In this document: positions 37,955-48,978 of the stretch, one piece after another | How the letters are laid out: the number at the start of each line of letters is the position of its first letter | How positions within the stretch are numbered: position 1 is the first letter of the stretch | Assembly: GCF_009931435.1 (NCBI RefSeq) | Contig: NZ_CP043414.1 | Source of the DNA: Escherichia coli | GTDB lineage: Bacteria; Pseudomonadota; Gammaproteobacteria; Enterobacterales; Enterobacteriaceae | Length of the DNA stretch: 64,000 bases | Strand: one strand, 5' to 3' | Notes under the pieces: model-generated | Databases searched by the model: none | What the model saw: only the letters and a program-made list of their open reading frames with translations | Told to the model about the DNA's origin: nothing | Made by a program: the position numbers and the translations under genes

Positions 37955-38902
37955 TTACAGACCGGTTAACCAGAAGACCCAGGCAAGCGCAGCAAGGCTG
38001 AAGCCAAGCCAGGTCACATGGTGAATGAGTAAAAAACGCCCGCGTGCCAGCGTGTTTTCTGCGATAGAGGCCAGAACAAAAATCAGCAAAACCTTGAGCA
38101 GCGTAACGACAAGTGAAGTCAGCAGGCAGGTGAGAGAAAGCTCTTGCGCGCGCCCAAAGGGCAGAAACAGGGCCACAAACAGTGATGCCATCACGACCTG
38201 TTTCAGCCCCAGCCCCAACTTCGCCAGCGCCAGCCCGGCACCGGAATATTCGGTCAGCGGGCCTTCCTGTAATTCCTGTTCTGCTTCAGCAACATCAAAG
38301 GGAATTTTTCCCATCTCAATGAAGCAGGCAAAACCACAGGCCAGTAACGCCAGTACGGTGGTTAGTGGCGAGTTCCAGCCCGTCGCCAGCGTCTTGCTGA
38401 TCATCTCGATATGCGTGGAATCCGCTATCAGCGCCAATACCAGCAGTGAGAGAATGAGCATTGGTTCGACCAGAATGCCGAGCGTCAACTCGCGACTGGC
38501 ACCGACTCCCGCAAACGGGCTTCCGGTATCCAGCCCGGAAAGAGCAAAGAAAAAACGAAACAGGGCAAGAAGATAGATAAGGGTGATCAGATCGCCGCCG
38601 CCCGCAAAAGGGGAAACAGTAATAAATAGTGGTAGGGCCATCGCCAGCACCAGCATGCTGCTGATTAATACCCACGGCATCAGGCGGAACATCAGACCTG
38701 AAGATGTCGGCGCAACTTCCTGGCGTTTAAACAGTTTGTGGATATCGCGATAATCCTGCCAGATCCCCGGTCCGCGGCGGGAGTGCATACGCGCGCGTAT
38801 CTGCCGGGAAATCCCCGTAAAAAGCGGGGTTAGCGCCAGCAGAATCACGGCCTGTGCTAACGCAAAAATGATCAGATATCCGTCGCAAAGAGTTTGTCTC
38901 AT
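37955..38902 (-). CDS. hyfC: Hydrogenase-4 membrane subunit C (NuoH-like)
   Basis: 315 aa from the ATG at 38902 (MRQTLCDGYLIIFALAQ...). Confidence 0.9.
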   Translation of the reverse strand: MRQTLCDGYLIIFALAQAVILLALTPLFTGISRQIRARMHSRRGPGIWQDYRDIHKLFKRQEVAPTSSGLMFRLMPWVLISSMLVLAMALPLFITVSPFAGGGDLITLIYLLALFRFFFALSGLDTGSPFAGVGASRELTLGILVEPMLILSLLVLALIADSTHIEMISKTLATGWNSPLTTVLALLACGFACFIEMGKIPFDVAEAEQELQEGPLTEYSGAGLALAKLGLGLKQVVMASLFVALFLPFGRAQELSLTCLLTSLVVTLLKVLLIFVLASIAENTLARGRFLLIHHVTWLGFSLAALAWVFWLTGL

Positions 38903-38912
38903 GGTGATTTCC

Positions 38913-40931
38913 TTAGACGGCAATAGCGATTAGCAGCACAACCAGTGCGGCGACCACATACAGGCAATAGAGACGAAAGTCGCCGCTTTGCAGATGCTGT
39001 ATTTCTTTGGCCAGCCGTTGGGTGGCGCTCACGATGGGGCGGATCACCCGCTCATCCCAAAAGGGTTCTGTGCTCTGAGCCCTGGCGGTGATGTGCGCGA
39101 GACCTTTGTTCAGCCTCAGCGTAGGGTCGAGCTGTTGTCGTAGACGAAATAGCGCAGAAAAGACCACACGCAGCGGCTGCATCACGCCATTGCCTGACGG
39201 GGCCATCGCATTTTCCCAGCCGTAGCCGCATGCCCAGGCATCTCCTGTGCGACGAAACGCTGCGCGTCGCGAACGACACCACAGCCAGTAAAGGCCAGGC
39301 AGCAAAGGCATCGCCAGTAGTAACAGCAACAGTAATGAGGGAGTGACCCGTGTATGAAACGTGCCGGGGACAAGTGCCATTCCGCTGGCGACAGTGACGG
39401 GAGGGGTATTGGTAAACGCATGGGCAATGTGCATTATCTTCGGTGCCAGCCAACTGGCACTAAGCGCAATGAATACGCAGAGTGCCGCGAGCAGTAGCAT
39501 GGCGACGATCATCGTATTTGGCACTTCCTGTGCCTCTTCAGCGTGTGTACTGCGCGGCGCACCACAGAAAGTAATGCCGTACATTTTGACGAAGCACATT
39601 ACTGCCAGCCCACCAGTGACTGCCAGCATCACCATAGCAATAGGACCCGCAAGTTGTAGCGCTACGGCTTCCACACGACTTAGTGAGAACAGCGACTGCC
39701 AGGTGTACCATTCGCTGATAAAACCATTCAGCGGAGGAATGGCTGATATCGCGAGGCAACCAATCAGGCATGCTGCGGCTGTCCACGGCATCCGTTTTGC
39801 CAGTGCCCCCATTTTTTCCATGTCGTGGGTATGCAAACGCGAAATAATCGCACCCGCGCCGAGAAATAGCAGCCCTTTGAACAGCGCATGGTTGAGCAGA
39901 TGAAACAGTGCGCCGAGCAGTCCAACCACGGTGAGCAGCGGGGCGTGCAGTGACAGACCGACCATGGACACACCGACCGCCAGCAAAATAATGCCGACGT
40001 TTTCGACGGTACTCCAGGCCAGCAGCCGTTTGATATCCTGTTCCGCCAGCGCATACAGCACGCCCAGGAGCGCGGAGATTGCGCCGATCGCCATCACCAG
40101 AATGCCCCACCACAGCGGCAAACCCGTTTGCGCCAGCAGATCCATCGCCACTTTCAGGATGCCGAAAATACCGATTTTGACCATTACGCCAGACATCAAC
40201 GCCGAAGCGTGCGATGGTGCGGCAGGGTGAGCGCGCGGCAACCAGCTGTGCAACGGCATCATCCCGGCTTTCGCGCCAAAACCGAAGAAGGCCAGCAGGA
40301 ACACCGCCGACGCCAGCCCCGGAGAAAGTGAAAGCGTGCGGAAACTGGCAAAATCGAGGTTGCCGCTTTCGCGCCACATCAGCAAGAAGGCAATCATAAT
40401 CAGCACCGATCCGGCGTGGGCGATAAAAAAGTAGAGCATGCCAGCGTTGATTGACGTTTTATCCTGCCTGGCAATGACCAGAAACCAGGAAGACAGCGAC
40501 ATCATTTCAAACAGCACGATGAACCAAAAAGCGTTGTCCATCACCAGCAGGGCAACCATCGATGCGATGAAAAGATTCATAAAGAAGCCCATCGCCGCCG
40601 CGCCTTTGCCCTCGTATTCGCGCATATAAGTCAATGAATAGAGCGAACAAACCACCACCAGCAAGGAGATAACCAGCACCATAAATGCCGAGAGGCTATC
40701 CATTCGCAGGGTTAAATCGGCAAAGTCAAAAGGCGTGGCAAAACGGGCGACTAAAGTTACGCCTGCATGTAATTGCGTAATTCCGCTGATGATGCCAATC
40801 GCGCCGCCCACCAGCGATGTGATGCCGGAAAGCTTAATAGCCAGTCTGTCCAGACCGAGTAAAAACAGCGAAGCCAGACTGGCAAACAGATAGAGGATCA
40901 GCGACCAGATTAATAATTGCAGGGCATCCAT
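38913..40931 (-). CDS. hyfB: Hydrogenase-4 membrane subunit B (antiporter-like)
   Basis: 672 aa NuoL-like protein; start overlaps the hyfA stop. Confidence 0.92.
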   Translation of the reverse strand: MDALQLLIWSLILYLFASLASLFLLGLDRLAIKLSGITSLVGGAIGIISGITQLHAGVTLVARFATPFDFADLTLRMDSLSAFMVLVISLLVVVCSLYSLTYMREYEGKGAAAMGFFMNLFIASMVALLVMDNAFWFIVLFEMMSLSSWFLVIARQDKTSINAGMLYFFIAHAGSVLIMIAFLLMWRESGNLDFASFRTLSLSPGLASAVFLLAFFGFGAKAGMMPLHSWLPRAHPAAPSHASALMSGVMVKIGIFGILKVAMDLLAQTGLPLWWGILVMAIGAISALLGVLYALAEQDIKRLLAWSTVENVGIILLAVGVSMVGLSLHAPLLTVVGLLGALFHLLNHALFKGLLFLGAGAIISRLHTHDMEKMGALAKRMPWTAAACLIGCLAISAIPPLNGFISEWYTWQSLFSLSRVEAVALQLAGPIAMVMLAVTGGLAVMCFVKMYGITFCGAPRSTHAEEAQEVPNTMIVAMLLLAALCVFIALSASWLAPKIMHIAHAFTNTPPVTVASGMALVPGTFHTRVTPSLLLLLLLAMPLLPGLYWLWCRSRRAAFRRTGDAWACGYGWENAMAPSGNGVMQPLRVVFSALFRLRQQLDPTLRLNKGLAHITARAQSTEPFWDERVIRPIVSATQRLAKEIQHLQSGDFRLYCLYVVAALVVLLIAIAV

Positions 40932-41548
40932 TAGCGTTGCTCCTGAGTGAGTGAAAGGGGATCCTCCCCGCCATTGGCAAACCAGCTTGCGGCAAGGCGC
41001 TGTTTTTCTTTCATCTGACGTTGCAGGCTATCGTCGGTGATCAGACGTAACGCATGATTCGGGCAAGCGCGAACGCAGGCCGGACCTTCTGGCAAGAAAT
41101 CACACAGGTCGCATTTCACCGCGACGGTCTGGACACCCGGTTCCCAGCGCAGCAAAGCATGTTGGGTCGGCGCGTTTTCTTCGCCGTCTTTGAGTGAGCC
41201 GTCAGCCTGAAAAACATATTGCGCAGGGGCATTCACCGGACGGCTTCCTGAAGCGCTGATTGCGCCAAATGGGCAGACCACGGCGCAAAGCTTGCAGCCA
41301 ATACAGAGGCTTTCGTTGAGTTGGATCGCATCATCTCTCTGGGAGATGGCATTGACCGGGCAGACCTGCAGGCAAGGGGCTTCCTCACAGTGATGACACA
41401 CGACAGGGGCAGTGAGTGTTGACGTCTTCGCCAGGGCCAGGCGCGGGTGTTGCTGTAAACCTTGCGTTTTATGCACGTCCGAACAGGCAGCGAGACAGGT
41501 ATTACATCCTGTACACCACAGTGGTTCGGCCACCACAAAGCGGTTCAT
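40931..41548 (-). CDS. hyfA: Hydrogenase-4 ferredoxin-type component A
   Basis: 205 aa from the ATG at 41548 (MNRFVVAEPLWCTGCNTC...), with 4Fe-4S Cys motifs. Confidence 0.9.
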   Translation of the reverse strand: MNRFVVAEPLWCTGCNTCLAACSDVHKTQGLQQHPRLALAKTSTLTAPVVCHHCEEAPCLQVCPVNAISQRDDAIQLNESLCIGCKLCAVVCPFGAISASGSRPVNAPAQYVFQADGSLKDGEENAPTQHALLRWEPGVQTVAVKCDLCDFLPEGPACVRACPNHALRLITDDSLQRQMKEKQRLAASWFANGGEDPLSLTQEQR

Positions 41549-41588
41549 GTCGGCTCCTTGAAAATGATATGAAACATTGCATTTCATA

Positions 41589-41606
41589 TTGCATAAAGGA
41601 TGCCAG
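41589..41606 (-). promoter_or_regulatory. Sigma54 (-24/-12) promoter of the hyf operon
   Basis: Minus-strand reading cTGGCATcctttATGCAa with GG-N10-GC spacing, about 40 bp upstream of the hyfA ATG; consistent with the HyfR enhancer-binding protein encoded in the same operon. Confidence 0.55.
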
Positions 41607-41800
41607 TCTGATTAATTTAATATATTCAATAAGTTATGTGTTAACTGGATTCTGAACGGTACAAAAATGATGGTCATTAACGTTCAGCAATAAATGGATT
41701 CGACACCCGTGTCGCAGGGGAAAGCGAGAATGTGATCTTGATCACGAGAAGTGAGGTGTGCTGGCCGCAAGCGCAGCCAGCACTGAATGGAGCAAAGTAA

Positions 41801-42271
41801 TCAGGCGTGTTCTTTCAGCCAGTTCAGCACAACGTCGTGGTGATTGCTGGTTTTGAAATCGTCAAAGACATGTTCGATTTTGCCATCAGCGTCAATCAGG
41901 AAGCTGATGCGATGAATACCATCGTAGGTTTTGCCCATGAAGGACTTTTCACCCCAGACGCCGAATTGTTCGCACACCTGGTGGTCCTCATCAGACAGGA
42001 GCGTAAAGTTAAGCAGCTCTTTTTCCGCAAAACGGGAGAGTTTTTCGGGTTTATCGGTGCTGATACCCAGCACATCAACGCCCGCTTTTTTCAATTCATC
42101 CATGTTATCGCGTAAGCCGCAGGCCTGTACGGTACAGCCGGGAGTCATGGCTTTTGGGTAAAAATAAACCAGAACACGCTGTCCCTGGAAGTCGGTCAAA
42201 TTAACTTGTTCTCCGTCTTGATCCGGCAAGCTAAATTTCGGTGCGATATCACCGGCTTTCAGTGGATTCAT
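41801..42271 (-). CDS. bcp: Thiol peroxidase Bcp (peroxiredoxin Q type)
   Basis: 156 aa, MNPLKAGDIAPKFSLPDQDG... Confidence 0.95.
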   Translation of the reverse strand: MNPLKAGDIAPKFSLPDQDGEQVNLTDFQGQRVLVYFYPKAMTPGCTVQACGLRDNMDELKKAGVDVLGISTDKPEKLSRFAEKELLNFTLLSDEDHQVCEQFGVWGEKSFMGKTYDGIHRISFLIDADGKIEHVFDDFKTSNHHDVVLNWLKEHA

Positions 42272-42843
42272 TACTTAACTCCATCCTGTTCATCATGTGG
42301 GGAATAATTGACGACGTTTATACTGCCTTGTGCATTGAGTTCTGTACATAGGGCTTTAAACGCTTGCTCAATATTTGCTGCATCCGCAGAGGCGGGACTG
42401 TGGGCGGTTATCTGAATATGCAACTGTGCAGCCCGTTCATTTTCAGCAGGTTGCGTGCGCGACACCAGCTCCGCAATGTTCATATGGTGCGCGTCAAAAA
42501 GTGCCGTGAAGCGTTCAATTAAATGCGGGGAGTCTGCCACATCGACCTGAACCCAGACAGATGCTGGCATTGGCGGACGCGGACGCGCCGTCGTGCGCTT
42601 CATCACGATTAAAAGATCCAGTTCGGCACCTTTCAACGGTAACGTTGATTCAATCAGAGTGATGGCATTCCATGAACCGGAAAGCAGCATGATAAACGTG
42701 AACTCTTCTCCCAGCATTGCCAGGCGACTGTCTTCGATATTACAGCCGCAACTACTGACATGACGGGTGATGGTGTTCACAATTCCAGGGCGATCGGCAC
42801 CCAACGCAGTGATCACCAGATAATGTTGCGATGACAGTGTCAA
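42271..42843 (-). CDS. gcvR: Glycine cleavage system transcriptional repressor
   Basis: 190 aa from the TTG at 42843 (MTLSSQHYLVITALGADRPG...); ACT-domain protein. Confidence 0.88.
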   Translation of the reverse strand: MTLSSQHYLVITALGADRPGIVNTITRHVSSCGCNIEDSRLAMLGEEFTFIMLLSGSWNAITLIESTLPLKGAELDLLIVMKRTTARPRPPMPASVWVQVDVADSPHLIERFTALFDAHHMNIAELVSRTQPAENERAAQLHIQITAHSPASADAANIEQAFKALCTELNAQGSINVVNYSPHDEQDGVK

Positions 42844-42988
42844 ACTGGTTATTCCTTTAAGGGGTGAGTTGTTCTTAAGGAAAGCATAAAAAAAACATGC
42901 ATACAACAATCAGAACGGTTCTGTCTGCTTGCTTTTAATGCCTTACCAAACGTACCATTGAGACACTTGTTTGCACAGAGGATGGCCC

Positions 42989-43867
42989 ATGTTCACGGGA
43001 AGTATTGTCGCGATTGTTACTCCGATGGATGAAAAAGGTAATGTCTGTCGGGCTAGCTTGAAAAAACTGATTGATTATCATGTCGCCAGCGGTACTTCGG
43101 CGATCGTTTCTGTTGGCACCACTGGCGAGTCCGCTACCTTAAATCATGACGAACATGCTGATGTGGTGATGATGACGCTGGAGCTGGCTGACGGGCGCAT
43201 TCCGGTAATTGCAGGGACCGGCGCTAATGCCACTACGGAAGCCATTAGCCTGACGCAGCGTTTCAATGACAGTGGTATCGTCGGCTGTCTGACGGTAACC
43301 CCTTACTATAATCGTCCGTCGCAAGAAGGTTTGTATCAGCATTTCAAAGCCATCGCTGAACATACTGACCTGCCGCAAATTCTGTATAATGTGCCGTCCC
43401 GTACTGGTTGCGATCTGCTCCCGGAAACGGTGGGCCGTCTGGCGAAAGTAAAAAATATTATCGGAATCAAAGAGGCTACAGGGAACTTAACGCGTGTAAA
43501 CCAGATCAAAGAGCTGGTTTCAGATGATTTTGTTCTGCTGAGCGGCGATGATGCGAGCGCGCTGGACTTCATGCAATTAGGCGGTCATGGGGTTATTTCC
43601 GTTACGGCTAACGTCGCAGCGCGTGATATGGCCCAGATGTGCAAACTGGCGGCAGAAGGGCATTTTGCCGAGGCACGCGTTATTAATCAGCGTCTGATGC
43701 CATTACACAACAAACTATTTGTCGAACCCAATCCAATCCCGGTGAAATGGGCATGTAAGGAATTGGGTCTTGTGGCGACCGATACGCTGCGCCTGCCAAT
43801 GACTCCAATCACCGACAGTGGTCGTGAGACGGTCAGAGCGGCGCTTAAGCATGCCGGTTTGCTGTAA
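42989..43867 (+). CDS. dapA: 4-hydroxy-tetrahydrodipicolinate synthase
   Basis: 292 aa from the ATG at 42989 ([19 protein letters not shown]...). Confidence 0.96.
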   Translation: MFTGSIVAIVTPMDEKGNVCRASLKKLIDYHVASGTSAIVSVGTTGESATLNHDEHADVVMMTLELADGRIPVIAGTGANATTEAISLTQRFNDSGIVGCLTVTPYYNRPSQEGLYQHFKAIAEHTDLPQILYNVPSRTGCDLLPETVGRLAKVKNIIGIKEATGNLTRVNQIKELVSDDFVLLSGDDASALDFMQLGGHGVISVTANVAARDMAQMCKLAAEGHFAEARVINQRLMPLHNKLFVEPNPIPVKWACKELGLVATDTLRLPMTPITDSGRETVRAALKHAGLL

Positions 43868-43883
43868 AGTTTAGGGAGATTTG

Positions 43884-44918
43884 ATGGCTTACTCTGTTCA
43901 AAAGTCGCGCCTGGCAAAGGTTGCGGGTGTTTCGCTTGTTTTATTACTCGCAGCCTGTAGTTCTGACTCACGCTATAAGCGCCAGGTCAGTGGTGATGAA
44001 TCCTACCTGGAAGCAGCACCGCTTGCGGAGCTTCATGCCCCGGCTGGAATGATTTTGCCGGTGACCTCCGGTGATTACGCAATCCCGGTGACCAACGGTA
44101 GTGGTGCTGTCGGTAAGGCGCTGGACATTCGTCCGCCAGCCCAGCCGCTGGCACTGGTTTCTGGCGCGCGTACCCAGTTCACGGGCGATACCGCTTCATT
44201 GCTGGTGGAAAATGGTCGTGGCAATACTCTGTGGCCGCAGGTGGTTAGCGTGCTGCAGGCGAAAAACTACACCATCACCCAACGTGATGATGCTGGTCAG
44301 ACACTGACCACCGATTGGGTACAATGGAACCGTCTGGACGAAGACGAGCAGTATCGTGGTCGTTATCAAATCTCTGTTAAGCCGCAGGGTTATCAGCAGG
44401 CGGTTACGGTTAAACTGCTGAACCTGGAACAGGCGGGCAAACCGGTTGCAGACGCGGCTTCCATGCAGCGTTACAGCACGGAGATGATGAACGTTATTTC
44501 CGCCGGTCTGGATAAATCTGCCACTGACGCCGCGAACGCTGCGCAAAATCGTGCCTCCACCACTATGGACGTACAAAGTGCAGCTGATGACACCGGTTTA
44601 CCGATGCTGGTCGTACGCGGGCCGTTCAATGTGGTTTGGCAACGTCTGCCAGCGGCGCTGGAAAAAGTGGGCATGAAAGTGACCGACAGCACCCGTTCGC
44701 AGGGCAACATGGCCGTAACTTACAAGCCGCTGTCTGACAGCGACTGGCAGGAACTGGGCGCGAGCGATCCAGGCCTGGCATCCGGTGACTATAAACTGCA
44801 GGTTGGCGATTTAGATAACCGCAGCAGCCTACAGTTCATCGATCCGAAAGGTCATACTCTGACTCAGAGTCAGAACGACGCGCTGGTAGCTGTCTTCCAG
44901 GCTGCGTTTAGCAAGTAA
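43884..44918 (+). CDS. bamC: Outer-membrane protein assembly factor BamC (NlpB)
   Basis: 344 aa lipoprotein (LLLAACSS lipobox) immediately downstream of dapA. Confidence 0.95.
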   Translation: MAYSVQKSRLAKVAGVSLVLLLAACSSDSRYKRQVSGDESYLEAAPLAELHAPAGMILPVTSGDYAIPVTNGSGAVGKALDIRPPAQPLALVSGARTQFTGDTASLLVENGRGNTLWPQVVSVLQAKNYTITQRDDAGQTLTTDWVQWNRLDEDEQYRGRYQISVKPQGYQQAVTVKLLNLEQAGKPVADAASMQRYSTEMMNVISAGLDKSATDAANAAQNRASTTMDVQSAADDTGLPMLVVRGPFNVVWQRLPAALEKVGMKVTDSTRSQGNMAVTYKPLSDSDWQELGASDPGLASGDYKLQVGDLDNRSSLQFIDPKGHTLTQSQNDALVAVFQAAFSK

Positions 44919-44961
44919 AAATACAGGGCTGGAGTCATCCGGCCCTTTTTTCTGATATGAT

Positions 44962-44977
44962 ACGCAAACGTGTGCGT
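44962..44977. promoter_or_regulatory. PurR operator of purC
   Basis: ACGCAAACGTGTGCGT, matching the PurR consensus, upstream of purC. Confidence 0.65.
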
Positions 44978-45023
44978 CGGCAGAAAAATGCGATTTTAGC
45001 GGTAATTCGCACGAAATTTGTTT

Positions 45024-45068
45024 GTCGGACGTAGGTCGGATAAGGCGTTCTTGCCGCATCCGACAAAA
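45024..45068. repeat. REP element
   Basis: GTCGGACGTAGGTCGGATAAGGCGTTCTTGCCGCATCCGACAA palindromic unit in the bamC-purC gap. Confidence 0.65.
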
Positions 45069-45130
45069 CATCTGGCACATCAGACAGCAAAAGATTTTAA
45101 AACGTTAATTCACACCCAGGAGTGATAAAG

Positions 45131-45844
45131 ATGCAAAAGCAAGCTGAGTTGTATCGTGGTAAAGCGAAAACCGTATACAGCACGGAAAACCCGGACCTGT
45201 TGGTGCTCGAATTCCGCAATGATACGTCAGCAGGGGATGGCGCGCGCATTGAGCAGTTTGATCGCAAAGGTATGGTGAACAACAAGTTCAACTACTTCAT
45301 TATGAGCAAACTGGCTGAAGCGGGTATCCCGACTCAAATGGAGCGTCTGCTCTCCGATACCGAATGTCTGGTGAAAAAGCTGGATATGGTGCCGGTTGAG
45401 TGTGTCGTGCGTAACCGTGCTGCTGGCTCTCTGGTGAAACGTCTTGGAATCGAAGAAGGTATTGAGCTGAACCCGCCGCTGTTCGATCTGTTCCTGAAAA
45501 ACGACGCCATGCACGATCCGATGGTCAACGAATCTTACTGCGAAACCTTTGGCTGGGTAAGTAAAGAGAATCTGGCGCGTATGAAAGAGCTGACCTACAA
45601 AGCGAACGACGTGCTGAAAAAACTGTTCGATGATGCTGGTCTGATTCTGGTCGACTTCAAGCTGGAGTTTGGTCTGTACAAAGGCGAAGTGGTTCTGGGC
45701 GATGAGTTCTCCCCGGACGGCAGCCGCCTGTGGGACAAAGAAACGCTGGAGAAAATGGATAAAGACCGTTTCCGCCAGAGCCTCGGTGGCCTGATCGAAG
45801 CCTATGAAGCCGTTGCCCGCCGCCTGGGTGTACAGCTGGACTGA
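45131..45844 (+). CDS. purC: SAICAR synthetase
   Basis: 237 aa from the ATG at 45131 ([24 protein letters not shown]...). Confidence 0.96.
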
Positions 45845-46011
45845 TTTTTCTATTCATCATCTTGCCGTGCTGCTGGCACGGCAAGACAACCGCTCTCATA
45901 AGATGTGCATTGAACGCTCATTCCTCCGCCATTTCATCCCGCTTTCCTGTGGTAATCTTCCTCTGAACCACCTACGATCATTTCTATAATGAATATATTG
46001 TTGAGGTATCT

Positions 46012-46875
46012 ATGCGTTGGCAAGGGCGACGTGAAAGTGACAATGTTGAAGACAGGCGCAATAGCTCCGGTGGTCCGTCAATGGGCGGTCCCGGTTTCCG
46101 TCTGCCAAGCGGTAAAGGCGGGCTGATTTTACTGATAGTCGTGCTGGTTGCAGGCTACTATGGCGTTGATTTAACCGGATTGATGACCGGACAGCCGGTT
46201 TCCCAACAACAATCAACGCGGTCAATTAGCCCTAATGAAGACGAAGCCGCAAAATTCACCTCGGTGATTCTGGCAACCACGGAAGACACCTGGGGACAGC
46301 AGTTCGAGAAGATGGGTAAGACCTATCAGCAACCGAAGCTGGTCATGTACCGTGGAATGACGCGTACCGGCTGCGGGGCGGGCCAGTCCATAATGGGGCC
46401 GTTCTATTGCCCGGCGGATGGCACGGTTTATATCGATCTCTCCTTCTATGATGACATGAAAGACAAACTTGGCGCGGATGGCGATTTTGCCCAGGGGTAC
46501 GTTATCGCCCATGAAGTCGGTCATCATGTGCAGAAACTGTTAGGCATCGAGCCGAAAGTCCGTCAACTGCAACAAAACGCGACGCAGGCGGAAGTGAACC
46601 GCTTATCTGTACGTATGGAACTCCAGGCCGACTGTTTTGCCGGTGTCTGGGGGCATAGCATGCAGCAGCAAGGCGTTCTGGAAACCGGCGATCTGGAAGA
46701 AGCGCTGAACGCGGCGCAGGCCATCGGCGATGACCGTTTACAGCAGCAAAGTCAGGGGCGAGTCGTACCAGACAGTTTCACTCATGGCACTTCTCAGCAA
46801 CGCTACAGCTGGTTTAAACGTGGTTTCGACAGCGGCGATCCGGCACAATGCAATACTTTTGGTAAAAGCATTTAA
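46012..46875 (+). CDS. ypfJ: Putative zinc metallopeptidase YpfJ
   Basis: 287 aa, one TM helix, HEVGHH zinc motif. Confidence 0.88.
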
Positions 46876-46889
46876 CTTTCGGGGCAGGG

Positions 46890-48905
46890 ATGGCTGAACT
46901 GACTGCGCTTCACCCATTAACAGCGCAAATGAAACGTGAAGGGATCCGCCGCTTGCTGGTGTTGAGCGGGGAAGAGGATTGGTGTTTTGAGCATGCGCTT
47001 AAGTTGAGTGATGCTTTACCTGGCGACTGGTTGTGGGTTTCGCCGCAGCCAGTCGCTGAAAACCACTGTACTCCCTCGACGCTACAAACTTTACTTGGAC
47101 GCGAGTTCCGGCATGCGGTATTCGACGCCCGCCAGGGCTTTGATGCCGCTGCCTTTGCGGCACTTAGCGGAACGTTGAAAGCGGGAAGCTGGCTGGTGTT
47201 GTTACTCCCTGTATGGGAAGAGTGGGAAAACCAACCTGATGCCGATTCGCTGCGCTGGAGTGATTGCCCTGACCCTATTGCGACGCCGCATTTTGTCCGG
47301 CACCTCAAACGCGTACTTACGGCGGATCACGACGCTATCCTCTGGCGGCAAAACCAGCCGTTCACGTTGACGCATTTTATTCCCCGTACTGACTGGCAAC
47401 CCGCGACTGGCGCACCACAACCAGAACAACAGCAACTCTTACAGCAGCTACTCACCATGCCGCCGGGTGTGTCAGCGGTAACTGCTGCGCGTGGGCGCGG
47501 TAAGTCGGCGCTGGCAGGGCAACTCATTTCTCGTATTGCGGGCAGTGCGATTGTCACCGCGCCTGCAAAAGCGGCAACGGATGTACTGGCACAATTTGCG
47601 GGCGAAAAGTTTCGCTTTATTGCGCCGGATGCCTTGTTAGCCAGCGATGAGCAAGCCGACTGGCTGGTGGTCGATGAAGCCGCAGCCATACCTGCGCCGT
47701 TGTTGCATCAACTGGTATCGCGTTTTCCTCGAACGTTGTTAACCACTACGGTGCAGGGCTACGAAGGTACCGGACGTGGTTTTTTGCTGAAATTTTGTGC
47801 GCGTTTCCCGCATTTACACCGTTTCGAATTGCAACAGCCGATCCGCTGGGCGCAGGGATGCCCGCTGGAAAAAATGGTCAGCGAGGCACTGGTTTTTGAC
47901 GATGAAAACTTCACTCACGAACCACAAGGTGACATCGTCATTTCCGCTTTTGAACAGACCTTATGGCGAAGCGATCCGGATACACCGTTAAAGGTATATC
48001 AGCTATTGTCTGGCGCGCACTACCGGACCTCGCCGCTGGATTTACGCCGCATGATGGATGTACCTGGGCAACATTTTTTCCAGGCGGCTTGTGAAAACGA
48101 GATCGCCGGGGCGCTGTGGCTGGTCGAGGAGGGCGGATTATCTCAAGAACTCAGCCAGGCGGTATGGGCAGGTTTTCGTCGCCCGCGGGGTAATCTGGTA
48201 GCCCAGTCGCTGGCGGCGCACGGCAGCAATCCACTGGCAGCGACATTGCGCGGACGGCGGGTCAGCCGGATTGCAGTCCATCCGGCGCGTCAGCGCGAAG
48301 GCGTTGGGCAACAGCTCATTGCCAGCGCTTTGCAATATACGCCTGGCCTCGACTACATTTCGGTAAGCTTTGGTTATACCGAGGAGTTATGGCGTTTCTG
48401 GCAACGCTGCGGTTTTGTGCTGGTGCGAATGGGTAATCATCGTGAAGCCAGCAGCGGTTGCTATACGGCGATGGCGTTGTTACCGATTAGCGAAGCGGGT
48501 AAACAATTGGCAGAACGTGAGCATTTTCGTTTACGCCGCGATGCGCAAATTATCGCGCAGTGGAATGGCGAAACTGTTCCAGTCGATCCGCTTAACGATA
48601 TCGTGGTTACTGACGGCGACTGGCTGGAACTGGCCGGTTTTGCTTTCGCTCATCGTCCGCTTTTAACGTCATTAGGTTGCTTAACGCGTCTGCTACAAAC
48701 CAGTGAACTGGCATTACCGGCGCTGCGTGGTCGTTTACAGAAAAACGTCAGTGACGCGCAGTTATGTACCACACTTAAACTTTCAGGCCGCAAGATGTTA
48801 CTGGCCCGTCAGCGAGAAGAGGCCGCGCAGGCGCTGTTCGCACTTGATAATGTTCGCACTGAGCGTCTGCGCGATCGCATAACGCAATGGCAATTTTTTC
48901 ACTGA
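46890..48905 (+). CDS. tmcA: tRNA(Met) cytidine acetyltransferase
   Basis: 671 aa; helicase-like ATPase motif (GRGKSA) plus C-terminal GNAT region. Confidence 0.9.
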   Translation: MAELTALHPLTAQMKREGIRRLLVLSGEEDWCFEHALKLSDALPGDWLWVSPQPVAENHCTPSTLQTLLGREFRHAVFDARQGFDAAAFAALSGTLKAGSWLVLLLPVWEEWENQPDADSLRWSDCPDPIATPHFVRHLKRVLTADHDAILWRQNQPFTLTHFIPRTDWQPATGAPQPEQQQLLQQLLTMPPGVSAVTAARGRGKSALAGQLISRIAGSAIVTAPAKAATDVLAQFAGEKFRFIAPDALLASDEQADWLVVDEAAAIPAPLLHQLVSRFPRTLLTTTVQGYEGTGRGFLLKFCARFPHLHRFELQQPIRWAQGCPLEKMVSEALVFDDENFTHEPQGDIVISAFEQTLWRSDPDTPLKVYQLLSGAHYRTSPLDLRRMMDVPGQHFFQAACENEIAGALWLVEEGGLSQELSQAVWAGFRRPRGNLVAQSLAAHGSNPLAATLRGRRVSRIAVHPARQREGVGQQLIASALQYTPGLDYISVSFGYTEELWRFWQRCGFVLVRMGNHREASSGCYTAMALLPISEAGKQLAEREHFRLRRDAQIIAQWNGETVPVDPLNDIVVTDGDWLELAGFAFAHRPLLTSLGCLTRLLQTSELALPALRGRLQKNVSDAQLCTTLKLSGRKMLLARQREEAAQALFALDNVRTERLRDRITQWQFFH

Positions 48906-48978
48906 CTCCTTCAATTTTCTCCCATGGTCATTGTGAGTCAGCGGCGTAAAATTAATGACATCAGTTAAGGAGTTCGCC

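Noticed and set aside
39538-40377. 279 aa alternative-frame minus-strand ORF within hyfB, plus other ORFs of 60-180 aa nested in hyfB and hyfC
   Set aside because: Out-of-frame overlaps inside a conserved membrane-subunit gene; Arg/Ala-rich translations typical of GC-rich off-frames.
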